Virus record (IMG/VR): IMGVR_UViG_3300028591_000179
Span: 1-64,000 of that record
Strand: one strand, 5' to 3'
Source: a virus
Lineage: Duplodnaviria; Caudoviricetes
Length of the DNA stretch: 64,000 nucleotides
Below, in pieces: positions 56,305 through 64,000 of this stretch (its first letter is position 1; the number at the start of each line of letters is the position of its first letter). The translations under genes were made by a program, and so were the position numbers. Under the pieces are notes generated by a model, which saw only the letters and a list, made by a program, of their open reading frames with translations, was not told the DNA's origin and ran no database searches.

Positions 56305-56899
56305 GATTCACCAACACTTTCAATAAAGTATTTGCAGTATTATAATCATTCTTATTTATATATTGTATAACAAGATTTCTGATGATAATTTCTGCTGTTT
56401 GTTTCGGTGTTACATCTACCAATTCATCAATTTGTTCTGCCAATGTTTTATCTCCTTCTTTTAAATTATCGACTTTAAGAAACTTTTCATCATCATCTGC
56501 TTCTTCAATGTCTTTTACTATAACCTCTGGACATTTACCTCTGATTAATCCTTTTGGCATATGTTTACGGATTTCAGATTTTTCACTTAATCTGTAATAC
56601 CTGTTGCCGTTTTTATCGATATAACAATCGTTTTCAGCAATCGCATTACTAATATCAGAAGCATTAACTTTTAAATGCTTACTTAAATCGGTTAATGTAT
56701 TAAATACTTCTTGTGTTTCAATACACATTAACTTTGTAAAGATTCTATCTCTAGAAAGTTTTTTAACATTGAAACCATTAATATTAACTTCTTTCTTATC
56801 TAATAAGATTTCAGTTAATTTCCAACTAGGCAATTCAAGAAACTCAGCTGCTTCTTTAATTGTATTAAATTCTTCATTATCAATCATTACCTTTGACAT
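56282..56899 (-). CDS. NUMOD1-like repeat DNA-binding protein, paralogue of 24107-24718
   Basis: 'FNTIKEAAEFL', 'FNTLTDLSKHL'; shared C-terminal 'I.N..I..INK..Y..A..LL'. Confidence 0.7.
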   Translation of the reverse strand: MSKVMIDNEEFNTIKEAAEFLELPSWKLTEILLDKKEVNINGFNVKKLSRDRIFTKLMCIETQEVFNTLTDLSKHLKVNASDISNAIAENDCYIDKNGNRYYRLSEKSEIRKHMPKGLIRGKCPEVIVKDIEEADDDEKFLKVDNLKEGDKTLAEQIDELVDVTPKQTAEIIIRNLVIQYINKNDYNTANTLLKVLVNHADKLRN

Positions 56900-56922
56900 A
56901 TATACTCTCCTTAGTTAGTCGG

Positions 56923-57198
56923 TTAATCCAAATGATCTTCTTGACAAGGTTTACCATCCCACACAGAACCTAAATAAGATCCTATTTTCTTTCGAATGAT
57001 TTTACCTTTAGGTCTGTCAAAATCAGGCACAACCAAAGGTCTAAAGCAATCACGAGTGCTTGGATGAAACTTACTATCATATTCTTGTAAGAATATTGAT
57101 TTATCAGTTACTCGCACAACTTTATAAAAGCTATATAAAACCATGCTATAACCATAACACTTAGCGATTACATCATCTACATTATATACTTCACTCAT
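56923..57198 (-). CDS. Hypothetical protein; start moved to MSEVYN
   Basis: GGAG SD; 'YGYSM...FYKVV..T.KS'. Confidence 0.65.
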   Translation of the reverse strand: MSEVYNVDDVIAKCYGYSMVLYSFYKVVRVTDKSIFLQEYDSKFHPSTRDCFRPLVVPDFDRPKGKIIRKKIGSYLGSVWDGKPCQEDHLD

Positions 57199-57282
57199 TT
57201 TTAAATCTCCTATACTAAAGCAGGCGATAAACAAAAATATTTATCGCCCTGTTAATAACTTATCGATGTCCTTAAATTAACA

Positions 57283-57816
57283 TCAATAACCACGTAATCT
57301 TAAAGCAGCTACAAGCTTACCAAAAGCATCTTCTGAATAATATACATGAGCATCTGTAACTTGTTCAGCTTTAATACCAAAACATTTATCAATGTCTTCT
57401 GATATTTCATAACCACCTTCAACTAATCTACCATTAAGCGATAATTCAAGGCAATACGATACATTTGGAGAAGTTAATCTATGAACATCAACTTCTTCAA
57501 AATCTAGATTAATAGTTTCACCATCTTCTAAATCATAGAAGAAACGCGTAAATATGTCTTGCAACTCATACATATCATAAGCCATTCCTTGTTCTTTAGA
57601 AGCTTGAACACTTGTTAACATTTTTTCAATGTTATGAGCGCTAGATACCTTACCAGACTTCGTATATAACAAACCAATTTTTTCACCAAGAGTATTGGAA
57701 GCTATTACACTATAATTATATCTATTTATTTTAGTTACATGTTGTACCTTAAGATATAATCCACCTTTAAGTTTTATTACCATGCCTTCTGACAATTTAT
57801 CCAAATTCATAGTCAT
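57283..57816 (-). CDS. Hypothetical protein
   Basis: AAGGAG SD. Confidence 0.7.
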   Translation of the reverse strand: MTMNLDKLSEGMVIKLKGGLYLKVQHVTKINRYNYSVIASNTLGEKIGLLYTKSGKVSSAHNIEKMLTSVQASKEQGMAYDMYELQDIFTRFFYDLEDGETINLDFEEVDVHRLTSPNVSYCLELSLNGRLVEGGYEISEDIDKCFGIKAEQVTDAHVYYSEDAFGKLVAALRLRGY

Positions 57817-57820
57817 CTCC

Positions 57821-58048
57821 TTAATTTTGTTGATACATTACAGTATATTTCTGTTTATAATCCAAATCTTTACATTTTTCGATATGTTCAGCTAATACAC
57901 CAATATTCCAAGATGGATCAATTGCTTCAGACCTACCAAAGTGCGTATATACCCAATCATATATAATTGCTTCAGTCTTTGATACTTCTTTTGGTACAAA
58001 CAATTCATTTTCATCTTCTTGAATATTATTAGTACCTTTATTCTCCAT
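57821..58048 (-). CDS. Hypothetical protein
   Basis: AAGGAG SD. Confidence 0.65.
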   Translation of the reverse strand: MENKGTNNIQEDENELFVPKEVSKTEAIIYDWVYTHFGRSEAIDPSWNIGVLAEHIEKCKDLDYKQKYTVMYQQN

Positions 58049-58050
58049 CG

Positions 58051-58251
58051 TTATATCTCCTTTACTTCATATTCATTTAAAACTTCTGGATTTAATTCAT
58101 CATATTCTTCCCTACTCAAATCCTTAATCATAGGACATTCTAAGGGATCATGAATTACATCATCGATATCTTCTTCATCCTCATCAATAGTTATTGTTCT
58201 TTCATATTCATATACTTCTTTAAATTTTACAACATACTTCTTTAAATTCAT
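58051..58251 (-). CDS. Very acidic hypothetical protein
   Basis: Tiled ORF. Confidence 0.6.
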   Translation of the reverse strand: MNLKKYVVKFKEVYEYERTITIDEDEEDIDDVIHDPLECPMIKDLSREEYDELNPEVLNEYEVKEI

Positions 58252-58252
58252 T

Positions 58253-58468
58253 TTACATACTCACTGGACCTGTTTCGCAATGACCAAAGCTCTTGCGAAT
58301 TATTTTTGGTTTACAAGGATTACTTTCATCGATAAACTCGTAAGTTTCATTCGATTGACCCTCATAGTAATGATGTTCATAATATCCTGTACCGCTTTTA
58401 AGACATTTTGCAATGATCTTATTAGCCTTTTCTTCAGGGATATCTTTTAAATACTTAGGTATCGCCAT
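58253..58468 (-). CDS. Hypothetical protein
   Basis: AAGGAGG SD. Confidence 0.65.
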   Translation of the reverse strand: MAIPKYLKDIPEEKANKIIAKCLKSGTGYYEHHYYEGQSNETYEFIDESNPCKPKIIRKSFGHCETGPVSM

Positions 58469-58484
58469 TTCTTACCTCCTTTAA

Positions 58485-58907
58485 TTAATCGTGTGCCCAA
58501 GATTTCCAAGATGATAATACATAATTATAATCAGCAACAATCTGTTCGGCAATATTTTCAAAATCACTGTCTTGATATAATGCAATTTCTGTATCATATA
58601 CATCACCAGTTTCTTTATCATATACCTGATTGAAATCGATGTCATAATCAGTTTGCATAATATTATCTACTGACTGATAACCAACTTTAACAGATAATCT
58701 ATAACCATCATCATAGTACTTATCAGCTTTATGTTCATCATATCCTGGTGACCAACCAAGAACAATATAAACGTTTTTATCTATTTTATTATCTTCTATT
58801 GTATACTGACAAAATGTATAACAACCACCTTCATCTTTATGATCTGCAAGATTATCTGCAGCTTCTTTAAACTGCTTAGCAAGTTCTTTTACATCAATCT
58901 TCATCAT
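58485..58907 (-). CDS. Acidic hypothetical protein; start moved to MMKIDV
   Basis: AAGGAG SD inside the upstream acidic tail. Confidence 0.7.
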   Translation of the reverse strand: MMKIDVKELAKQFKEAADNLADHKDEGGCYTFCQYTIEDNKIDKNVYIVLGWSPGYDEHKADKYYDDGYRLSVKVGYQSVDNIMQTDYDIDFNQVYDKETGDVYDTEIALYQDSDFENIAEQIVADYNYVLSSWKSWAHD

Positions 58908-59163
58908 ATTCTCCTTCTTTATATCTTGCATTAAAGTCTGCTTTTAAAGCTTCTACATTATCAAGATTATCTAAATCTATTTCTGCAATTTCAAATTCAC
59001 ACCATATTTTACATTTCTGCGAATAATATTCATTTATGAAATCACAAAAACTTTCAGCTTCTTTTTTAGTTTTGAATTCAGCATGGACTGTACCAATATC
59101 ATCAAAATTAGGCTCACCACATGTTGGATCAATGATACCTCTTACTTGATAAATCTTAGTCAT
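58894..59163 (-). CDS. Acidic protein, MTKIY paralogue; start corrected
   Basis: GAGGAGG SD in the upstream tail. Confidence 0.7.
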   Translation of the reverse strand: MTKIYQVRGIIDPTCGEPNFDDIGTVHAEFKTKKEAESFCDFINEYYSQKCKIWCEFEIAEIDLDNLDNVEALKADFNARYKEGEYDED

Positions 59164-59590
59164 CATCTTCCTCCTCGTCATATTCATCATAATATTCTTT
59201 TTGCTCATCAAGATATTCTTTTATTGTTACTGCAGTTTCTAGATTATCTAAATCTATTTCTGTAGTATAAAACGTAGCATCATCAAAGCGATCAGGATCA
59301 TTCCATAATTCGTGTTCTTTTGTTTCAGCTGCATCTTTATTATCAAATATCCAAGTTTTTATTTCACGTGGTGTTATTGCTCCAACAACACAGTATAACA
59401 TATTATCTTTGATATTTAAATTTGTAATATCAATTTCTTTAAGCTCATATTCGTAATCAAATGACATATTATCATAAAAATCACAAATTTCTTTTTTACT
59501 TTTTTCAGCCTCTGCTTTGGTACCAAATACAAATAAATCTGGTGTTGCATAAGAAGTAGGTATTCCTTGTACGAAATATATTTTAGTCAT
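59156..59590 (-). CDS. Acidic two-module protein, MTKIY paralogue; start corrected
   Basis: Two 'F.TK.EAE / F.NK.AAE...EID' modules; D/E tail. Confidence 0.7.
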   Translation of the reverse strand: MTKIYFVQGIPTSYATPDLFVFGTKAEAEKSKKEICDFYDNMSFDYEYELKEIDITNLNIKDNMLYCVVGAITPREIKTWIFDNKDAAETKEHELWNDPDRFDDATFYTTEIDLDNLETAVTIKEYLDEQKEYYDEYDEEEDDD

Positions 59591-59849
59591 CATCTTCCTC
59601 TTCATCATCTTCATAATCATCTTCATCTTCTTCATAGTAATCTTCCAACCAAACAGCTAACTTTTCACAGTTACCTTCAAGATCAGTTGGCATGATACCA
59701 TTATGATATACATTAGCTACTTCTTTTTGATTTTCAGCAAATTCTACAAACTCAACTGCTGTGTTTCTATCTTTAAATACGTGAAGTGAACTGTGTCTGT
59801 CTTGAGTCTCAACAACCACAGCATATACATGTTCTTGTTTTAACGGCAT
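59583..59849 (-). CDS. Acidic protein with D/E tail
   Basis: Ends YYEEDEDDYEDDEEEDDD. Confidence 0.7.
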   Translation of the reverse strand: MPLKQEHVYAVVVETQDRHSSLHVFKDRNTAVEFVEFAENQKEVANVYHNGIMPTDLEGNCEKLAVWLEDYYEEDEDDYEDDEEEDDD

Positions 59850-59865
59850 TTATTTATTTCCTTTC

Positions 59866-60537
59866 TTAGTAAGCTGGATTAACATTTTCAAAGCTAATGT
59901 TATATTTGGCTTCCATCTTTTCACACCAGTTACGAGCTTCATCATAATCAGCAGTAATTAAACTTTCAGGCTCACCATTTTCATCGATAGCTATTTGATC
60001 TTTATAGTTATCATATACCATATATTCATTAAATTCACCATTATATGCTGCTGTTAACATATTTGCTACGTTATCTGGATGTTTAGCTGAATAATAATCT
60101 TCAACATTTTTCTTCAAGCCAATAAAACCTAATTGACTTGAATCAAATCTGCATACATGATTTCCTGTTTTATTAACAGAAAATGAAGTGCCAGAGTGTA
60201 TATAAGCGCCAAGCACAAATGATTCATATTCTCCTTCTCCAAATTCTTCATCAAGTTTTTTCTGAAAAATTTCACGATCTTCTTCTAAAGTTTTACCTGT
60301 AAGATCATCATAATCAATTTCAAATGTCGTAAGATCTTTATAATCACCTCTTGGTACATAAATTTTACAACATGCTTTTATATTATCAACTGTATCATTA
60401 CACATAAAATCACAATCACCACAAATATATGGCGAATATCTTGGTTCTTCATACGTCTCAGTTACTTTAACTTTACCAGTTGTTTCATCTAAAACTTTTT
60501 CAATATTTATATTTTCTTTCATATTAACCTCATCCAA
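59866..60537 (-). CDS. Acidic hypothetical protein
   Basis: 'YIHSG..FS...FDS.Q.GFI'. Confidence 0.7.
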   Translation of the reverse strand: MDEVNMKENINIEKVLDETTGKVKVTETYEEPRYSPYICGDCDFMCNDTVDNIKACCKIYVPRGDYKDLTTFEIDYDDLTGKTLEEDREIFQKKLDEEFGEGEYESFVLGAYIHSGTSFSVNKTGNHVCRFDSSQLGFIGLKKNVEDYYSAKHPDNVANMLTAAYNGEFNEYMVYDNYKDQIAIDENGEPESLITADYDEARNWCEKMEAKYNISFENVNPAY

Positions 60538-60736
60538 TTAAACTGTATAAACAATCTAAATATATTTTAAATTCATCTACAGTCATGTCGTTTTCATTTG
60601 CTTCTCTTTCAAGATCTTCATCACTTAGAGGTCCATCACACAAAAAATCAGGATAGTGACCAGACTCTCTAAACATCAAATAATCTTCTTTAGCTCGCTT
60701 GATTATTTTACTTCTGGAATCATTATTATTTGCCAT
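60530..60736 (-). CDS. Acidic hypothetical protein
   Basis: AAGGAGG SD. Confidence 0.65.
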   Translation of the reverse strand: MANNNDSRSKIIKRAKEDYLMFRESGHYPDFLCDGPLSDEDLEREANENDMTVDEFKIYLDCLYSLIG

Positions 60737-60945
60737 AAACAACCTCCTTCCTCGTCACCAACTAATGTATGGCGACTATCAGCTTCTGTCAACTTATAAC
60801 AATCGTTTACATTTAAATAATATGCAATATCTGACTGCATAGCTTTCTCAGCATCTTCTCTATTTGTATACGCACCTTCAAGACGAGCTAAATGATCTGT
60901 TGTATCCCCAAGGTCTGTATATATAACTGCATATATCGTACTCAT
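60703..60945 (-). CDS. Hypothetical protein
   Basis: 'IYAVI...GAYTNREDAE'. Confidence 0.65.
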   Translation of the reverse strand: MSTIYAVIYTDLGDTTDHLARLEGAYTNREDAEKAMQSDIAYYLNVNDCYKLTEADSRHTLVGDEEGGCLWQIIMIPEVK

Positions 60946-61166
60946 TCTTTATTCTCCTCTATGCTCTTTAATAAATAATGTTTTTTACCACTTACCATAG
61001 TTACATATAAAAGATGCAATGTCTTATTATCTTTTTTAATGGTTATATCAACTGCTGATTCAATACAATTTTCATTGATATACATCTTACCTTTTTCTTC
61101 AATATGAATATCATAATCATACATATCACCAGTTATTACTTTTTCATATACTGTATATTCTTTCAT
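60942..61166 (-). CDS. Hypothetical protein
   Basis: Coupled ORF. Confidence 0.6.
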   Translation of the reverse strand: MKEYTVYEKVITGDMYDYDIHIEEKGKMYINENCIESAVDITIKKDNKTLHLLYVTMVSGKKHYLLKSIEENKE

Positions 61167-61561
61167 TAATTTGCTACCTCATGAGATTCATTTACTATCA
61201 TATCCATAACTTCAGGTTCACAAATTAAAAAACCATGTTTATTCATAAAGTCTTTAAATTCTTTTTCTTTAACAGCCTTTCTTTTAATGAATACATATCT
61301 TTTACCAAATATTGGACCATGTTCACCACGTTCAGCCTCAATCATCGGAACAATACCTTTTTTCTTAAACTTTTCTTTACACTTATCACAAGGTTCTGGA
61401 CTTGTAATCTGTGTTTTACGAATTCCTTTTTTCGGAATCATTTCATCACCACTTCTAAAGAAATGAGGTTGTAAAAGTAATTGTTTAACTTCATTACAGT
61501 ATAAACATAAATCCATACCTACGAATTCATGCTCGCCATCATCTTTACAATTTTTACACAT
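61166..61561 (-). CDS. Zn-binding hypothetical protein
   Basis: CxxC x3; AAGGAG SD. Confidence 0.65.
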   Translation of the reverse strand: MCKNCKDDGEHEFVGMDLCLYCNEVKQLLLQPHFFRSGDEMIPKKGIRKTQITSPEPCDKCKEKFKKKGIVPMIEAERGEHGPIFGKRYVFIKRKAVKEKEFKDFMNKHGFLICEPEVMDMIVNESHEVAN

Positions 61562-61573
61562 ATTGTATCTCCT

Positions 61574-62002
61574 TTACCAATTAGCTTCTTCATATGCTTC
61601 AAACAATTTATTTACCAAACTATCTTTAGGCTTATAATTTGGAAAATAACTTTTAGCAATCATCGTGGCTTCACTATAATCACCAGTGTAACCACATTCA
61701 AAATTACTAAACTCATCTGTAAAAATCTCATCACCAGAACATTCTCGCTTAATCTCTTCATTTATTTCATTCAATTTATTATAATACGTTTCGAATGCTT
61801 GAGGCGTACCAATTGCTCCATAATCTGTAATGAGTAATTCTTTTAGTTTTAATTTCTGTTCAAACTCTTCTTTGTTGAGATTATGTCTTTTTAAATAATC
61901 TCCGAATTGTTCATTACCAAAAGCATACTCAATACCGTCAGAAGAAATTGTACTTTTCTTATTTTTTAATTCACGATATTTCTTAGTACTAGGTAATTTC
62001 AT
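61574..62002 (-). CDS. Hypothetical protein
   Basis: 'EFSNFECGYTGDY'; AAGGAG SD. Confidence 0.7.
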   Translation of the reverse strand: MKLPSTKKYRELKNKKSTISSDGIEYAFGNEQFGDYLKRHNLNKEEFEQKLKLKELLITDYGAIGTPQAFETYYNKLNEINEEIKRECSGDEIFTDEFSNFECGYTGDYSEATMIAKSYFPNYKPKDSLVNKLFEAYEEANW

Positions 62003-62014
62003 TTTATTATCTCC

Positions 62015-62212
62015 TTATTTTTTTAATGGTTTCAATTTATCTGCTGAATATACATTTACAAATTCAACATTTTTTAAATTACGATATTGTCTTTCAACTT
62101 CTCTAGCTTCTGCTCTAGTATCAACAATATCAACACATACCATATTATTTTCACATAATTCACAACCACATGAATCATATGCCACTAATATAATATATTT
62201 TTGCTTTGTCAT
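62015..62212 (-). CDS. Hypothetical protein
   Basis: GAGGAG SD. Confidence 0.65.
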   Translation of the reverse strand: MTKQKYIILVAYDSCGCELCENNMVCVDIVDTRAEAREVERQYRNLKNVEFVNVYSADKLKPLKK

Positions 62213-62215
62213 TTT

Positions 62216-62761
62216 TTATTCTCCTCTATAATATTCATCATCTTCGTAATCATCTTCATCTTCGTCGTCATCAAAGTCATAACTTTCATCGGATACAATT
62301 CCTGAAGAAGTACTAAATGTATCACTACCATCCTTAATCGTAATCATTGTCCATGTACGATCTGATTTATCAATCTCAATTACTGGATCATTATCAACCT
62401 GTATTAAAGCTGCACCTCCATTTTCAATTAAATGTTCATTATTATTATTTATTAAACCAATAGCTACTTTATCATTATATTCTACTATACAAACGTTTCC
62501 ACTGTCTGCAAAAAATCTTGAATTTATAACCTTATTACTATTATTATCACAAAATACTGCATTACTCCAATCTCCATAACCTGTATCAGATACAACAGCA
62601 TCTTTTGTATGTGTATATGCTCTTAATGCATCAGTAACACATTTTTCAAATATTTCTATTTCATTTGCTCTATTCTCATTCGTAAACGCTTCCTTACAAC
62701 ATTTAGTCCAAATGTCACTCGGTAATATATAACATGGATCTGTAATCAAATATTTTTTCAT
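62216..62761 (-). CDS. Hypothetical protein with acidic tail
   Basis: 'ITDPCY...TGYGD...F.ADSG.V' motif seen in phage proteins; D/E/Y tail. Confidence 0.7.
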   Translation of the reverse strand: MKKYLITDPCYILPSDIWTKCCKEAFTNENRANEIEIFEKCVTDALRAYTHTKDAVVSDTGYGDWSNAVFCDNNSNKVINSRFFADSGNVCIVEYNDKVAIGLINNNNEHLIENGGAALIQVDNDPVIEIDKSDRTWTMITIKDGSDTFSTSSGIVSDESYDFDDDEDEDDYEDDEYYRGE

Positions 62762-62820
62762 TAATGTCTCCTATGAAATTAAAACTAAAAACATAATAAT
62801 TTATTAATTTTTACTTACGA

Positions 62821-63105
62821 TTAGTATTCTTTCTCATATTTATAATACCAATCACTATTTGCGGCCTCAACAAATGCTTTTTTAACAACTTCTTTTAAAG
62901 TCTTTTGATCATTGAAATAACCTCGTTTAATTCTTAATAACAAACCTTCATTACTTTTATATCGACTACCTTTATATAATGCTCCTTTATAACCAAAATC
63001 AGGAACATTATATCCTCCATATATATCAATAACTCTATTCATTACTGGTCTATATGCTTTTATTTGATTTAATATTTCTTCATCTGTAAACCTCGTATCA
63101 TCCAT
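62821..63105 (-). CDS. Hypothetical protein; start moved to MDDTRF
   Basis: GAGGA SD. Confidence 0.65.
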   Translation of the reverse strand: MDDTRFTDEEILNQIKAYRPVMNRVIDIYGGYNVPDFGYKGALYKGSRYKSNEGLLLRIKRGYFNDQKTLKEVVKKAFVEAANSDWYYKYEKEY

Positions 63106-63106
63106 T

Positions 63107-63163
63107 TTATTTTCCTCTAATTGCATTTGTTACACCATTCATAATAATAAACTTTTCATACAT
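63107..63163 (-). CDS. 18-aa micro-ORF (not in ORF track)
   Basis: AAGGAGG SD; MYEKFIIMNGVTNAIRGK*; stop abuts the next start. Confidence 0.5.
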   Translation of the reverse strand: MYEKFIIMNGVTNAIRGK

Positions 63164-63237
63164 AACTTGCCTCCTTCCATTAGTTAACTAACAATTCAAG
63201 GAAACACCATAATTACTTATGATGTTTCTATCAACTG

Positions 63238-63492
63238 TTAACTACAAATAAGTTTATTCATTAGATCAATACCACTCAATTCACGAGATAAATGTATTTT
63301 AATCTTTTCAATCGGTATACCGTATACTTGTGTTAACAATGATAACCGATCAATTACATCATTAACATTATCGAATCTTTCTTGCGATCTTACATCAAAA
63401 CGCATAGGTTTCTTAAGTCTACACGTGTCTACATTAAAAACATACTCAATAATGTACGTTTCTTTAATATCTTTATCATATAACTTACTCAT
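63238..63492 (-). CDS. Hypothetical protein
   Basis: Coupled ORF. Confidence 0.6.
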   Translation of the reverse strand: MSKLYDKDIKETYIIEYVFNVDTCRLKKPMRFDVRSQERFDNVNDVIDRLSLLTQVYGIPIEKIKIHLSRELSGIDLMNKLICS

Positions 63493-63665
63493 TTTGTTCT
63501 CTCTGATGCAAAGTTAGATTCGAAATATTTATCTGATGTCCAATATTTGATGACGTTCGTATAACTTCCAGAATTCGTTTTTTCAGGAGTTATTATTAAC
63601 AGTACTAACATCGTTATTAAACCAAACAATACTAGACCAATTAATACGTTATATATATATTTCAT
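63489..63665 (-). CDS. Small membrane protein; start moved to MKYIYN
   Basis: GAGGA SD; one TM helix. Confidence 0.6.
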   Translation of the reverse strand: MKYIYNVLIGLVLFGLITMLVLLIITPEKTNSGSYTNVIKYWTSDKYFESNFASERTK

Positions 63666-63678
63666 ACTTTCCTCATAC

Positions 63679-63712
63679 AAAAAAGGCTGATGAATAACAA
63701 CATCATAAGCCT
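63679..63712 (-). terminator. Intrinsic terminator
   Basis: AGGCT..GATG/CATC..AGCCT stem with U6 tail on the minus strand. Confidence 0.6.
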
Positions 63713-63727
63713 CATTACCGACAGCTT

Positions 63728-63973
63728 TTAATCGAACTGCATCAAGAATATGTTTATACTCTTGAATGCCGTTTTCATAGCATCCTCAAGTTGATACTTA
63801 TTAAGACCGCTTGCAATGTGTCCATATGCGAAGTACCCTTCGAGTTCTTTCATCTGAAAAGTATACTCAGCCTCGCTGTCTTTCATAAATAATGTCGGGT
63901 ATTCAAGACATTTAATACCAACAACAAGATTACCTTCACGCGTTTTACGTACAGCCTTCATTTCACCATACAT
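63728..63973 (-). CDS. Hypothetical protein
   Basis: 81-aa ORF ending just before a terminator. Confidence 0.6.
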   Translation of the reverse strand: MYGEMKAVRKTREGNLVVGIKCLEYPTLFMKDSEAEYTFQMKELEGYFAYGHIASGLNKYQLEDAMKTAFKSINIFLMQFD

Positions 63974-64000
63974 AATTACGGCATTAGCACATTTTCTAAG

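Noticed and set aside
58890-59640. CRISPR array or non-coding repeat
   Set aside because: The (CAT/CTT)n repeats are codons of D/E tails; no constant repeat with unique spacers.
1293-61837. Short overlapping or antisense ORFs in the track (1293, 3619, 4638, 5012, 8057, 8926, 17946, 18616, 26697, 29153, 30016, 39938, 46296, 46750, 46920, 47281, 51478, 52955, 53353, 54267, 55098, 55542, 56382, 59083, 61235, 61529)
   Set aside because: They lie within longer genes with clear motifs or SDs, lack their own SD, and have shadow-ORF composition.
1-64000. Stop-codon reassignment, as in some large gut phages
   Set aside because: Core genes (ligase, MCP, fibre, AAA) are intact with the standard code, genes tile densely, and TAG and TGA end some ORFs at sensible junctions.
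1-64000. tRNA, tmRNA or rRNA genes
   Set aside because: No cloverleaf or T-loop (GTTCGA-type) structure recognised in the intergenic regions; tRNAscan and ARAGORN were not run.
1-64000. Prophage or bacterial chromosome context
   Set aside because: No integrase, repressor or host housekeeping operon; the content is uniformly that of a large lytic phage. The host could not be assigned.

Overview
A very AT-rich 64-kb segment of a large lytic T4-like (myovirus, probably jumbo) phage genome, read with the standard code. Recognisable core genes: nrdD 3' end, gp19-like tail tube, gp23-like major capsid protein (MCP), NAD+-dependent DNA ligase, Rnl1-like RNA ligase plus polynucleotide kinase, dCMP deaminase, Hsp20, AAA ATPase, MoxR AAA plus DUF2201/vWA pair, an S74-chaperone tail fibre and three BspA-type LRR paralogues. 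Two transcription programmes are interleaved: sigma70-like promoters (TTTAC[A/T]-N17-TAnnnT, mostly minus strand) and a putative phage late promoter, AGTTCTA, found upstream of 13 late or structural transcription units. The strongest candidate novel system is a set of late genes before the MCP whose products share an N-terminal leader (MS-x-F-x-x-I-[IV]-x-x-IL-x-E). It resembles a T4 capsid-targeting, prohead-protease-cleaved propeptide and is fused to different cargos: a protein kinase-like enzyme, two HExxH metallopeptidases and a PcfJ-like/24-aa-repeat protein. This suggests a capsid-packaged, injected effector arsenal. Also notable: a family of fibre/adhesin proteins with a shared N-terminal anchor, two candidate sRNA units behind the MCP, a terminator/antiterminator switch, and several paralogue expansions in the 43-64 kb early region. 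No tRNA, CRISPR array, integrase or reverse transcriptase was seen. All family assignments are by eye from motifs; no database search was run.
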